64,000 nt of DNA from positions 110,174,001 through 110,238,000 of the forward strand of contig OZ024744.1 in assembly GCA_964016885.1 (NCBI GenBank), read 5' to 3'. The DNA is from Eledone cirrhosa (Eukaryota). Under the pieces are notes generated by a model that did not search any database, was not told where the DNA came from, and worked only from the letters and a program-made list of their open reading frames with translations. The translations under genes and the position numbers were made by a program. Positions 47,901 to 61,625 of the stretch are shown here, in pieces; positions within the stretch are counted from its first letter, which is position 1; the number at the start of each line of letters is the position of its first letter.

Positions 47901-50900
47901 ATAACTTACCTTGTCCTGAACACACTAAAACTACACAATCCACTATAACTTAACTGGCCGTGAACACAGTAAAACTACACAATCCACTATAACTTAGCTT
48001 GCACTGAACACAGTAAAACTACACAATCCACTATAACTTACCTTGCCCTGAACACAGTAAAACTACACAATCCACTTCAACTTACCTTGCTCTGAACACA
48101 GTAAAACTACACAATCCACTATAACTTACCTTGCCCTGAACACAGTAAAATTACACAACCCACTATAACTAACCTTGCCCTGAACACAGTAAAACTACAC
48201 AATCCACTATAACTTACTTTGCTCTGAACACAGTAAAACTACACAATCCACCTTAACTTACCTTGCTCTGAACACAGTAAAACTACACAATCCACTTCAA
48301 CTTACCTTGCTCTGAACACAGTAAAACTACACAATCCACTATAACTTACCTTGCCCTGAACACAGTAAAACTACACGATCCACTATAAATTACCTTGCCC
48401 TGAACACAGTAAAACTACACAATCCACTATAACTTACCTTGCCCTGAACACAGTAAAACTAAACAATCCACTATAACTTACCTTGCCCTGAACACAGTAA
48501 AACTACACAATCCACTATAACTAACCTTGCTCTGAACACAGTAAAACTATACAATCCACCATAACGTACCTTGCCCTGAACACAGTAAAACTACACAATC
48601 CACTATAACTTACCTTGACCTGAACAGAGTAAAACTACACAATCCACTATAACTTACCTTGCACTGGACACAGTAAAACTACACAACCCACTATAACTTA
48701 CCTTGCCCTGAACACACTAAAACTACACAATCCACTATAACTTACCTTGCACTGGACACAGTAAAACTACACAACCCACTATAACTTACCTTGCCCTGAA
48801 CACACTAAAACTACACAATCCACTATAACTTACCTTGACCTGAACAGAGTAAAACTACACAATCCACTATAACTTACTTTGACCTGAACAGAGTAAAACT
48901 ACACAATCCACTATAACTTACCTTGACCTGAACAGAGTAAAACTACACAATCCACTATAACTTACCTTGCCCTGAACACTGTAAAACTACACAATCCACT
49001 ATAACTTACCTTGCTCTGAACACAGTAAAACTACACAATCCACTGTAACTTACCTTGCCCTGAACACAGCAAAACTACACAATCCACTATAACTTACCTT
49101 GCCCTGAACACAGTAAAACTGCATAATCCACTATAACTTACCTTGCCCTGAACACAGTAAAACTACACAATCCACTATAACTTACCTTGCCCTGAACACA
49201 GTAAAACTACACAATCCACTATAAATTACCTTGCCCTGAACACAGTAAGACTACACAATCCAATATAACTTACCTAGCCCTGAACACAGTAAAACTACAC
49301 AATCCACTATAACTTACCTTGCCCTGAACACTGTAAAACTACATAATCCACTATAACTTACCTTGCCCTGAAACAGTAAAACTACACAAACCACTATAAC
49401 TTACCTTGCCCTGAACACAGTAAAACTACACGATCCACTATAACTTACTTTGCCTTGAACACAGTAAAACTACACGATCCACTATAACTTACCTTGCCCT
49501 GAACACAGTAAAACTACACAATCCACTATAACTAACCTTGCTCTGAACACAGTAAAACTACACAATCCACTATAACTTACCTTGCCCTGAACACAGTAAA
49601 ACTACACAATCCACTAAAACTAACCTTGCTCTGAACAGAGTAAAACTATACAATCCACCATAACTTACCTTGCCCTGAACACAGTAAAACTACACAATCC
49701 ACTATAACTTACCTTGACCTGAACAGAGTAAAACTACACAATCCACTATAACTTACCTTGCCCTGAACACACTAAAACTACACAATCCACTATAACTTAC
49801 CTTGCACTGCAAACAGTAAAACTACACAACCCACTATAACTTACCTTGCTCTGAACACAGTAAAACTACACAATCAACTATAACTTACCTTGCCCTGAAC
49901 ATAGTAAAAGAACGTAATCCACTATAACTTACCTTCCTTTGAACACAGTAAAACTACACAATCCACTATAATTTACCTTGCCCTGAACACAGTAAAACTA
50001 CAAGATCCACTATAACTTACCTTGCTCTGAACACAGTAAAACTACATAATCCACTATAACTTACCTTGCCCTGAACACAGTAAAACTAACACAATCCACT
50101 ATAACTTACCTTGCCCTGAACACAGTAAAACTACACAATCCACTATAAATTACGTTGCCCTGAACATACTAAAACTACACAATCTTCTATAACTTACCTT
50201 GCCCTGAACACAGTAAAACTACACAATCCACTGTAACTTACCTTGCCCTGAACACAGTAAAACTACACAATCCACTATAACTAACCTTGACCTGAACACA
50301 GTAAAACTACACAATCCACTATAACTTACCTTGTCCTGAACAGACTAAAACTACACAATCCACTATAACTTAACTGGCCCTGAACACACTAAAACTACAC
50401 AATCCACTATAACTTAGCTTGCACTGAACACAGTAAAACTACACAATCCACTATAACTTACCTTGCCCTGAACACAGTAAAACTACACAATCCACTTCAA
50501 CTTACCTTGCTCTGAACACAGTAAAACTACACAATCCACTATAACTTACCTTACCCTGAACACAGTAAAATTACACAACCCACTATAACTAACCTTGCCC
50601 TGAACACAGTAAAACTACACAATCCACTATAACTTACTTTGCTCTGAACACAGTAAAACTACACAATCCACCTTAACTTACCTTGCTCTGAACACAGTAA
50701 AACTACACAATCCACTTCAACTTACCTTGCTCTGAACACAGTAAAACTACACAATCCACTATAACTTACCTTGCCCTGAACACAGTAAAACTACACGATC
50801 CACTATAAATTACCTTGCCCTGAACACAGTAAAACTACACAATCCACTATAACTTACCTTGCCCTGAACACAGTAAAACTAAACAATCCACTATAACTTA

Positions 50901-53900
50901 CCTTGCCCTGAACACAGTAAAACTACACAATCCACTATAACTAACCTTGCTCTGAACACAGTAAAACTATACAATCCACCATAACTTACCTTGCCCTGAA
51001 CACAGTAAAACTACACAATCCACTATAACTTACCTTGACCTGAACAGAGTAAAACTACACAATCCACTATAACTTACCTTGCACTGGACACAGTAAAACT
51101 ACACAACCCACTATAACTTACCTTGCTCTGAACACACTAAAACTACACAATCCACTATAACTTACCTTGCACTGGACACAGTAAAACTACACAACCCACT
51201 ATAACTTACCTTGCCCTGAACACACTAAAACTACACAATCCACTATAACTTACCTTGACCTGAACATAGTAAAACTACACAATCCACTATAACTTACTTT
51301 GACCTGAACAGAGTAAAACTACACAATCCACTATAACTTACCTTGACCTGAACAGAGTAAAACTACACAATCCACTATAACTTACCTTGCCCTGAACACT
51401 GTAAAACTACACAATCCACTATAACTTACCTTGCTCTGAACACAGTAAAACTACACAATCCAATTCAACTTACCTTGCTCTGAACACAGTAAAACTACAC
51501 AATCCAATTCAACTTACCTTGCTCTGAACACAGTAAAACTACACAATCCACTTTAACTTACCTTGCTCTGAACACAGTAAAACTACACAATCCACTATAA
51601 ATTACCTTGCCTTGAACACAGTAAAATTACACAATCCACTATAACTAAACTTGCCCCGAACACAGTAAAACTACACAATCCACTATAACTTACCTTGCTC
51701 TGAACACAGTAAAACTACACAATCCACTATAACTTACCTTGCCCTGAACACAGTAAAACTACGTAATCCACTATAACTTACCTTGCCCTGAACACAGTAA
51801 AACTACACAATCCACTATAATTTACCTTGCCCTGAACACAGTAAAACTACACAATCCACTATAACTGACATTGGTCTGAACACAGTAAAACTACACAATC
51901 CACTATAACTTACCTTGCTCTGAACACAGTAAAACTACACAATCCACTATAACTTACCTTGCCCTGAACACAGTAAAACTACACAATCCACCATAACTTA
52001 CCTTGCCCTGAACACAGTAAAAGAAAACAATCTTCTATAACTTACCTTGCCCTGAATACAGTAAAACTACACAATCCCCTATACCTTACCTTGCTCTGAA
52101 CACAGTAAAACTACACAATCCACTATAACTTACCTTGCCCTGAACACAGTAAAACTACACAATCCACTATAACTTAAATTGCCCTGAACTCAGTAAAACT
52201 ACATAATCCACTGTAACTTACCTTGCCCTGAACACAGTAAAAGTACACAACCCACTATAACTTACCTTGCTCTGAACACAGCAAAACTACACAATCCACT
52301 ATAACTTACCTTGCCCTGAACACAGTAAAACTACACAATCCACTATAACTTACCTTGCCCTGAACACAGTAAAAGTACATAATCCACTATAACTTACCTT
52401 GCTCTGAACACAGTATAACTTACCTTGCTCTGAACACAGTAAAACTACACGATCCAATTTAACTTACCTTGCATTGAACACAGTAAATCTACACAATCCA
52501 CTATAACTTACCTTGCTCCGAACACAGTAAAACTACATAATCCACTATAACTTACCTTGCCCTGAACACAGTAAAACTAACACAATCCACTATAACGTAC
52601 CTTGCCCTGAACACAGTAAAACTACAGAATCCACTATAACTTACCTTGCTCTGAACACAGTAAAACTACATAATCCACTATAACTTACCTTGCCCTGAAC
52701 ACAGTAAAACTACACAATCCACTATAAATTACGTTTCCATGAACATACTAAAACTACACAATCTTCTATAACTTACCTTGCCCTGAACACAGTAAAACTA
52801 CACAATCCACTATAACTTACCTTGCCCTGAACACAGTAAAACTACACAATCCACTATAACTTACCTTGCCCTGAACACAGTAATACTACACAACCCACTA
52901 TAACTTACCTTGCCCTGAACACAGTAAAACTACACAATCCACTATAACTTACCTTGCCCTGAACACAGTAAAACTACACAATCCACTTCAACTTACCTTG
53001 CTCTGAACACAGTAAAACTACACAATCCACTATAACTTACCTTGCCCTGAACATACTAAAACTACACAATCCACTATAACTTACCTTGCCCTGAACACAG
53101 TAAAACTACAAGATCCACTATAACTTACCTTGCTCTGAACACAGTAAAACTACACAATCCACTATAAATTACGTTGCCCTGAACACAGTAAGACTACACA
53201 ATCTTCTATAACTTACCTTGCCCTGAACACAGTAAAACTACACAATCCACTATAACTTAGCTTGCACTGAACACAGTAAAACTACACAATCCACTATAAC
53301 TTACCTTGCCCTGAACACAGTAAAACTACACAATCCACTTCAACTTACCTTGCTCTGAACACAGTAAAACTACACAATCCACTATAACTTACCTTGCCCT
53401 GAACACAGTAAAATTACACAACCCACTATAACTAACCTTGCCCTGAACACAGTAAAACTACACAATCCACTATAACTTACTTTGCTCTGAACACAGTAAA
53501 ACTACACAATCCACCTTAACTTACCTTGCTCTGAACACAGTAAAACTACACAATCCACTTCAACTTACCTTGCTCTGAACACAGTAAAACTACACAATCC
53601 ACTATAACTTACCTTGCCCTGAACACAGTAAAACTACACGATCCACTATAAATTACCTTGCCCTGAACACAGTAAAACTACACAATCCACTATAACTTAC
53701 CTTGCTCTGAACACAGTAAAACTACACAATACACTATAACTTACCTTGCCCTGAACACAGTAAAACTACGTAGTCCACTATAACTTACCTTGCCTTGAAC
53801 ACAGTAAAACTACACAATCCACTATAATTTACCTTGCCCTGAACACAGTAAAACTACACAATCCACTATAACTGACCTTGGTCTGAACACAGTAAAACTA

Positions 53901-56900
53901 CACAATCCACTATAACTTACCTTGCTCTGAACACAGTAAAACTACACAATCCACTATAACTTACCTTGCCCTGAACACAGTAAAACTACACAATCCACCA
54001 TAACTTACCTTGCCCTGAACACAGTAAAAGAGCACAATCTTCTATAACTTACCTTGCCCTGAATACAGTAAAAATACACAATCCCCTATACCTTACCTTG
54101 CTCTGAACACAGTAAAACTACACAATCCACTATAACTTACCTTGCCCTGAACACAGTAAAACTACACAATCCACTATAACTTAAATTGCCCTGAACTCAG
54201 TAAAACTACATAATCCACTGTAACTTACCTTGCCCTGAACACAGTAAAAGTACACAACCCACTATAACTTACCTTGCTCTGAACACAGCAAAACTACACA
54301 ATCCACTATAACTTACCTTGCCCTGAACACAGTAAAACTACACAATCCACTATAACTTACCTTGCCCTGAACACAGTAAAAGTACATAATCCACTATAAC
54401 TTACCTTGCTCTGAACACAGTATAACTTACCTTGCTCTGAACACAGTAAAACTACACGATCCAATTTAACTTACCTTGCATTGAACACAGTAAAACTACA
54501 CAATCCACTATAACTTACCTTGCCCTGAACACAGTAAAACTAACACAATCCACTATAACGTACCTTGCCCTGAACACAGTAAAACTGCACAATCCACTAT
54601 AACTTACCTTGCTCTGAACACAGTAAAACTACATAATCCACTATAACTTACCTTGCCCTGAACACAGTAAAACTACACAATCCACTATAACTTACCTTGC
54701 CCTGAACACAGTAAAACTACACAATCCACTATAACTTATCTTGCCCTGAACACAGTAATACTACACAACCCACTATAACTTACCTTGCCCTGAACACAGT
54801 AAAACTACACAATCCACTATAACTTACCTTGCTCTGAACACAGTAAAACTACACAATCCACTTCAACTTACCTTGCTCTGAACACAGTAAAACTACACAA
54901 TCCACTATAACTTACCTTGCCCTGAACATACTAAAACTACACAATCCACTATAACTTACCTTGCCCTGAACACAGTAAAACTACAAGATCCACTATAACT
55001 TACCTTGCTCTGAACACAGTAAAACTACACAATCCACTATAAATTACGTTGCCCTGAACACAGTAAGACTACACAATATTCTATAACTTACCTTGCCCTG
55101 AACACAGTAAAACTACACAATCCACTATAACTTAACTTGCCCTGAACACAGTAAAACTACACAATCCACTATAACTTACCTTGCCCTGAACACAGTAAAA
55201 CTACATAATCCACTATAACTTACCTTGCCCTGAACACAGTAAAACTACACAATCCACTATAACTTACCTTGCCCTGAACACAGTAAAACTACACAATCCA
55301 CTATAAATTACCTTGCCCTGAACACAGTAAAACTACACAATCCACTATAACTTACCTTGACCTGAACAGAGTAAAACTACACAATCCACTATAACTTACT
55401 TTGCCTTGAACACAGTAAAACTACACGATCCACTATAACTTACCTTGCCCTGAACACAGTAAAACTACACAATCCACTATAACTAACCTTGCTCTGAACA
55501 CAGTAAAACTACACAATCCACTATAACTTACCTTGCCCTGAACACAGTAAAACTACACAATCCACTAAAACTAACCTTGCTCTGAACAGAGTAAAACTAT
55601 ACAATCCACCATAACTTACCTTGCCCTGAACACAGTAAAACTACACAATCCACTATAACTTACCTTGACCTGAACAGATTAAAACTACACAATCCACTAT
55701 AACTTACCTTGCCCTGAACACACTAAAACTACACAATCTACTATAACTTACCTTGCACTGCAAACAGTAAAACTACACAACCCACTATAACTTACCTTGC
55801 TCTGAACACAGTAAAACTACACAATCCACTATAACTTACCTTGCCCTGAACATAGTAAAAGAACGTAATCCACTATAACTTACCTTCCTTTGAACACAGT
55901 AAAACTACACAATCCACTATAATTTACCTTGCCCTGAACACAGTAAAACTACAAGATCCACTATAACTTACCTTGCTCTGAATACAGTAAAACTACATAA
56001 TCCACTATAACTTACCTTGCCCTGAACACAGTAAAACTAACACAATCCACTATAACTTACCTTGCCCTGAACACAGTAAAACTACACAATCCACTATAAA
56101 TTACGTTGCCCTGAACATACTAAAACTACACAATCTTCTATAACTTACCTTGCCCTGAACACAGTAAAACTACACAATCCACTGTAACTTACCTTGCCCT
56201 GAACACAGTAAAACTACACAATCCACTATAACTAACCTTTACCTGAACACAGTAAAACTACACAATCCACTATAACTTACCTTGTCCTGAACACACTAAA
56301 ACTACACAATCCACTATAACTTAACTGGCCGTGAACACAGTAAAACTACACAATCCACTATAACTTAGCTTGCACTGAACACAGTAAAACTACACAATCC
56401 ACTATAACTTACCTTGCCCTGAACACAGTAAAACTACACAATCCACTTCAACTTACCTTGCTCTGAACACAGTAAAACTACACAATCCACTATAACTTAC
56501 CTTGCCCTGAACACAGTAAAATTACACAACCCACTATAACTAACCTTGCCCTGAACACAGTAAAACTACACAATCCACTATAACTTACTTTGCTCTGAAC
56601 ACAGTAAAACTACACAATCCACCTTAACTTACCTTGCTCTGAACACAGTAAAACTACACAATCCACTTCAACTTACCTTGCTCTGAACACAGTAAAACTA
56701 CACAATCCACTATAACTTACCTTGCCCTGAACACAGTAAAACTACACGATCCACTATAAATTACCTTGCCCTGAACACAGTAAAACTACACAATCCACTA
56801 TAACTTACCTTGCCCTGAACACAGTAAAACTAAACAATCCACTATAACTTACCTTGCCCTGAACACAGTAAAACTACACAATCCACTATAACTAACCTTG

Positions 56901-59900
56901 CTCTGAACACAGTAAAACTATACAATCCACCATAACGTACCTTGCCCTGAACACAGTAAAACTACACAATCCACTATAACTTACCTTGACCTGAACAGAG
57001 TAAAACTACACAATCCACTATAACTTACCTTGCACTGGACACAGTAAAACTACACAACCCACTATAACTTACCTTGCCCTGAACACACTAAAACTACACA
57101 ATCCACTATAACTTACCTTGCACTGGACACAGAAAAACTACACAACCCACTATAACTTACCTTGCCCTGAACACACTAAAACTACACAATCCACTATAAC
57201 TTACCTTGACCTGAACAGAGTAAAACTACACAATCCACTATAACTTACTTTGACCTGAACAGAGTAAAACTACACAATCCACTATAACTTACCTTGACCT
57301 GAACAGAGTAAAACTACACAATCCACTATAACTTACCTTGCCCTGAACACTGTAAAACTACACAATCCACTATAACTTACCTTGCTCTGAACACAGTAAA
57401 ACTACACAATCCACTGTAACTTACCTTGCCCTGAACACAGCAAAACTACACAATCCACTATAACTTACCTTGCCCTGAACACAGTAAAACTGCATAATCC
57501 ACTATAACTTACCTTGCCCTGAACACAGTAAAACTACACAATCCACTATAACTTACCTTGCCCTGAACACAGTAAAACTACACAATCCACTATAAATTAC
57601 CTTGCCCTGAACACAGTAAGACTACACAATCCACTATAACTTACCTAGCCCTGAACACAGTAAAACTACACAATCCACTATAACTTACCTTGCCCTGAAC
57701 ACTGTAAAACTACATAATCCACTATAACTTACCTTGCCCTGAAACAGTAAAACTACACAAACCACTATAACTTACCTTGCCCTGAACACAGTAAAACTAC
57801 ACGATCTACTATAACTTACTTTGCCTTGAACACAGTAAAACTACACGATCCACTATAACTTACCTTGCCCTGAACACAGTAAAACTACACAATCCACTAT
57901 AACTAACCTTGCTCTGAACACAGTAAAACTACACAATCCACTATAACTTACCTTGCCCTGAACACAGTAAAACTACACAATCCACTAAAACTAACCTTGC
58001 TCTGAACAGAGTAAAACTATACAATCCACCATAACTTACCTTGCCCTGAACACAGTAAAACTACACAATCCACTATAACTTACCTTGACCTGAACAGAGT
58101 AAAACTACACAATCCACTATAACTTACCTTGCCCTGAACACACTAAAACTACACAATCCACTATAACTTACCTTGCACTGCAAACAGTAAAACTACACAA
58201 CCCACTATAACTTACCTTGCTCTGAACACAGTAAAACTACACAATCAACTATAACTTACCTTGCCCTGAACATAGTAAAAGAACGTAATCCACTATAACT
58301 TACCTTCCTTTGAACACAGTAAAACTACACAATCCACTATAATTTACCTTGCCCTGAACACAGTAAAACTACAAGATCCACTATAACTTACCTTGCTCTG
58401 AACACAGTAAAACTACATAATCCACTATAACTTACCTTGCCCTGAACACAGTAAAACTAACACAATCCACTATAACTTACCTTGCCCTGAACACAGTAAA
58501 ACTACACAATCCACTATAAATTACGTTGCCCTGAACATACTAAAACTACACAATCTTCTATAACTTACCTTGCCCTGAACACAGTAAAACTACACAATCC
58601 ACTGTAACTTACCTTGCCCTGAACACAGTAAAACTACACAATCCACTATAACTAACCTTGACCTGAACACAGTAAAACTACACAATCCACTATAACTTAC
58701 CTTGTCCTGAACAGACTAAAACTACACAATCCACTATAACTTAACTGGCCCTGAACACACTAAAACTACACAATCCACTATAACTTAGCTTGCACTGAAC
58801 ACAGTAAAACTACACAATCCACTATAACTTACCTTGCCCTGAACACAGTAAAACTACACAATCCACTTCAACTTACCTTGCTCTGAACACAGTAAAACTA
58901 CACAATCCACTATAACTTACCTTACCCTGAACACAGTAAAATTACACAACCCACTATAACTAACCTTGCCCTGAACACAGTAAAACTACACAATCCACTA
59001 TAACTTACTTTGCTCTGAACACAGTAAAACTACACAATCCACCTTAACTTACCTTGCTCTGAACACAGTAAAACTACACAATCCACTTCAACTTACCTTG
59101 CTCTGAACACAGTAAAACTACACAATCCACTATAACTTACCTTGCCCTGAACACAGTAAAACTACACGATCCACTATAAATTACCTTGCCCTGAACACAG
59201 TAAAACTACACAATCCACTATAACTTACCTTGCCCTGAACACAGTAAAACTAAACAATCCACTATAACTTACCTTGCCCTGAACACAGTAAAACTACACA
59301 ATCCACTATAACTAACCTTGCTCTGAACACAGTAAAACTATACAATCCACCATAACTTACCTTGCCCTGAACACAGTAAAACTACACAATCCACTATAAC
59401 TTACCTTGACCTGAACAGAGTAAAACTACACAATCCACTATAACTTACCTTGCACTGGACACAGTAAAACTACACAACCCACTATAACTTACCTTGCCCT
59501 GAACACACTAAAACTACACAATCCACTATAACTTACCTTGCACTGGACACAGTAAAACTACACAACCCACTATAACTTACCTTGCCCTGAACACACTAAA
59601 ACTACACAATCCACTATAACTTACCTTGACCTGAACATAGTAAAACTACACAATCCACTATAACTTACTTTGACCTGAACAGAGTAAAACTACACAATCC
59701 ACTATAACTTACCTTGACCTGAACAGAGTAAAACTACACAATCCACTATAACTTACCTTGCCCTGAACACTGTAAAACTACACAATCCACTATAACTTAC
59801 CTTGCTCTGAACACAGTAAAACTACACAATCCAATTCAACTTACCTTGCTCTGAACACAGTAAAACTACACAATCCAATTCAACTTACCTTGCTCTGAAC

Positions 59901-61625
59901 ACAGTAAAACTACACAATCCACTTTAACTTACCTTGCTCTGAACACAGTAAAACTACACAATCCACTATAAATTACCTTGCCTTGAACACAGTAAAATTA
60001 CACAATCCACTATAACTAAACTTGCCCCGAACACAGTAAAACTACACAATCCACTATAACTTACCTTGCTCTGAACACAGTAAAACTACACAATCCACTA
60101 TAACTTACCTTGCCCTGAACACAGTAAAACTACGTAATCCACTATAACTTACCTTGCCCTGAACACAGTAAAACTACACAATCCACTATAATTTACCTTG
60201 CCCTGAACACAGTAAAACTACACAATCCACTATAACTGACATTGGTCTGAACACAGTAAAACTACACAATCCACTATAACTTACCTTGCTCTGAACACAG
60301 TAAAACTACACAATCCACTATAACTTACCTTGCCCTGAACACAGTAAAACTACACAATCCACCATAACTTACCTTGCCCTGAACACAGTAAAAGAAAACA
60401 ATCTTCTATAACTTACCTTGCCCTGAATACAGTAAAACTACACAATCCCCTATACCTTACCTTGCTCTGAACACAGTAAAACTACACAATCCACTATAAC
60501 TTACCTTGCCCTGAACACAGTAAAACTACACAATCCACTATAACTTAAATTGCCCTGAACTCAGTAAAACTACATAAACCACTGTAACTTACCTTGCCCT
60601 GAACACAGTAAAAGTACACAACCCACTATAACTTACCTTGCTCTGAACACAGCAAAACTACACAATCCACTATAACTTACCTTGCCCTGAACACAGTAAA
60701 ACTACACAATCCACTATAACTTACCTTGCCCTGAACACAGTAAAAGTACATAATCCACTATAACTTACCTTGCTCTGAACACAGTATAACTTACCTTGCT
60801 CTGAACACAGTAAAACTACACGATCCAATTTAACTTACCTTGCATTGAACACAGTAAATCTACACAATCCACTATAACTTACCTTGCTCCGAACACAGTA
60901 AAACTACATAATCCACTATAACTTACCTTGCCCTGAACACAGTAAAACTAACACAATCCACTATAACGTACCTTGCCCTGAACACAGTAAAACTACAGAA
61001 TCCACTATAACTTACCTTGCTCTGAACACAGTAAAACTACATAATCCACTATAACTTACCTTGCCCTGAACACAGTAAAACTACACAATCCACTATAAAT
61101 TACGTTTCCATGAACATACTAAAACTACACAATCTTCTATAACTTACCTTGCCCTGAACACAGTAAAACTACACAATCCACTATAACTTACCTTGCCCTG
61201 AACACAGTAAAACTACACAATCCACTATAACTTACCTTGCCCTGAACACAGTAATACTACACAACCCACTATAACTTACCTTGCCCTGAACACAGTAAAA
61301 CTACACAATCCACTATAACTTACCTTGCCCTGAACACAGTAAAACTACACAATCCACTTCAACTTACCTTGCTCTGAACACAGTAAAACTACACAATCCA
61401 CTATAACTTACCTTGCCCTGAACATACTAAAACTACACAATCCACTATAACTTACCTTGCCCTGAACACAGTAAAACTACAAGATCCACTATAACTTACC
61501 TTGCTCTGAACACAGTAAAACTACACAATCCACTATAAATTACGTTGCCCTGAACACAGTAAGACTACACAATCTTCTATAACTTACCTTGCCCTGAACA
61601 CAGTAAAACTACACAATCCACTATA
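44905..61625. repeat. Near-perfect tandem duplication with ~8.35 kb unit (about 190 monomers)
   Basis: AAACTGCAC 46211/54582, TACCTAGCCC 49271/57642, ATAACTGACATTGG 51861/60232, AAGAAAACAA 52021/60392, ACTACAGAAT 52621/60992, all at offset 8371. The offset is 8327 (one monomer less) before ~45950. Confidence 0.9.
47020..51430. repeat. Nested 2420-bp (55-monomer) duplication inside the 8.4 kb unit
   Basis: CTTGCACTGCAAAC at 47381 and 49801, followed by the same ordered variants. A third partial copy has the marker at 44317. Confidence 0.8.
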
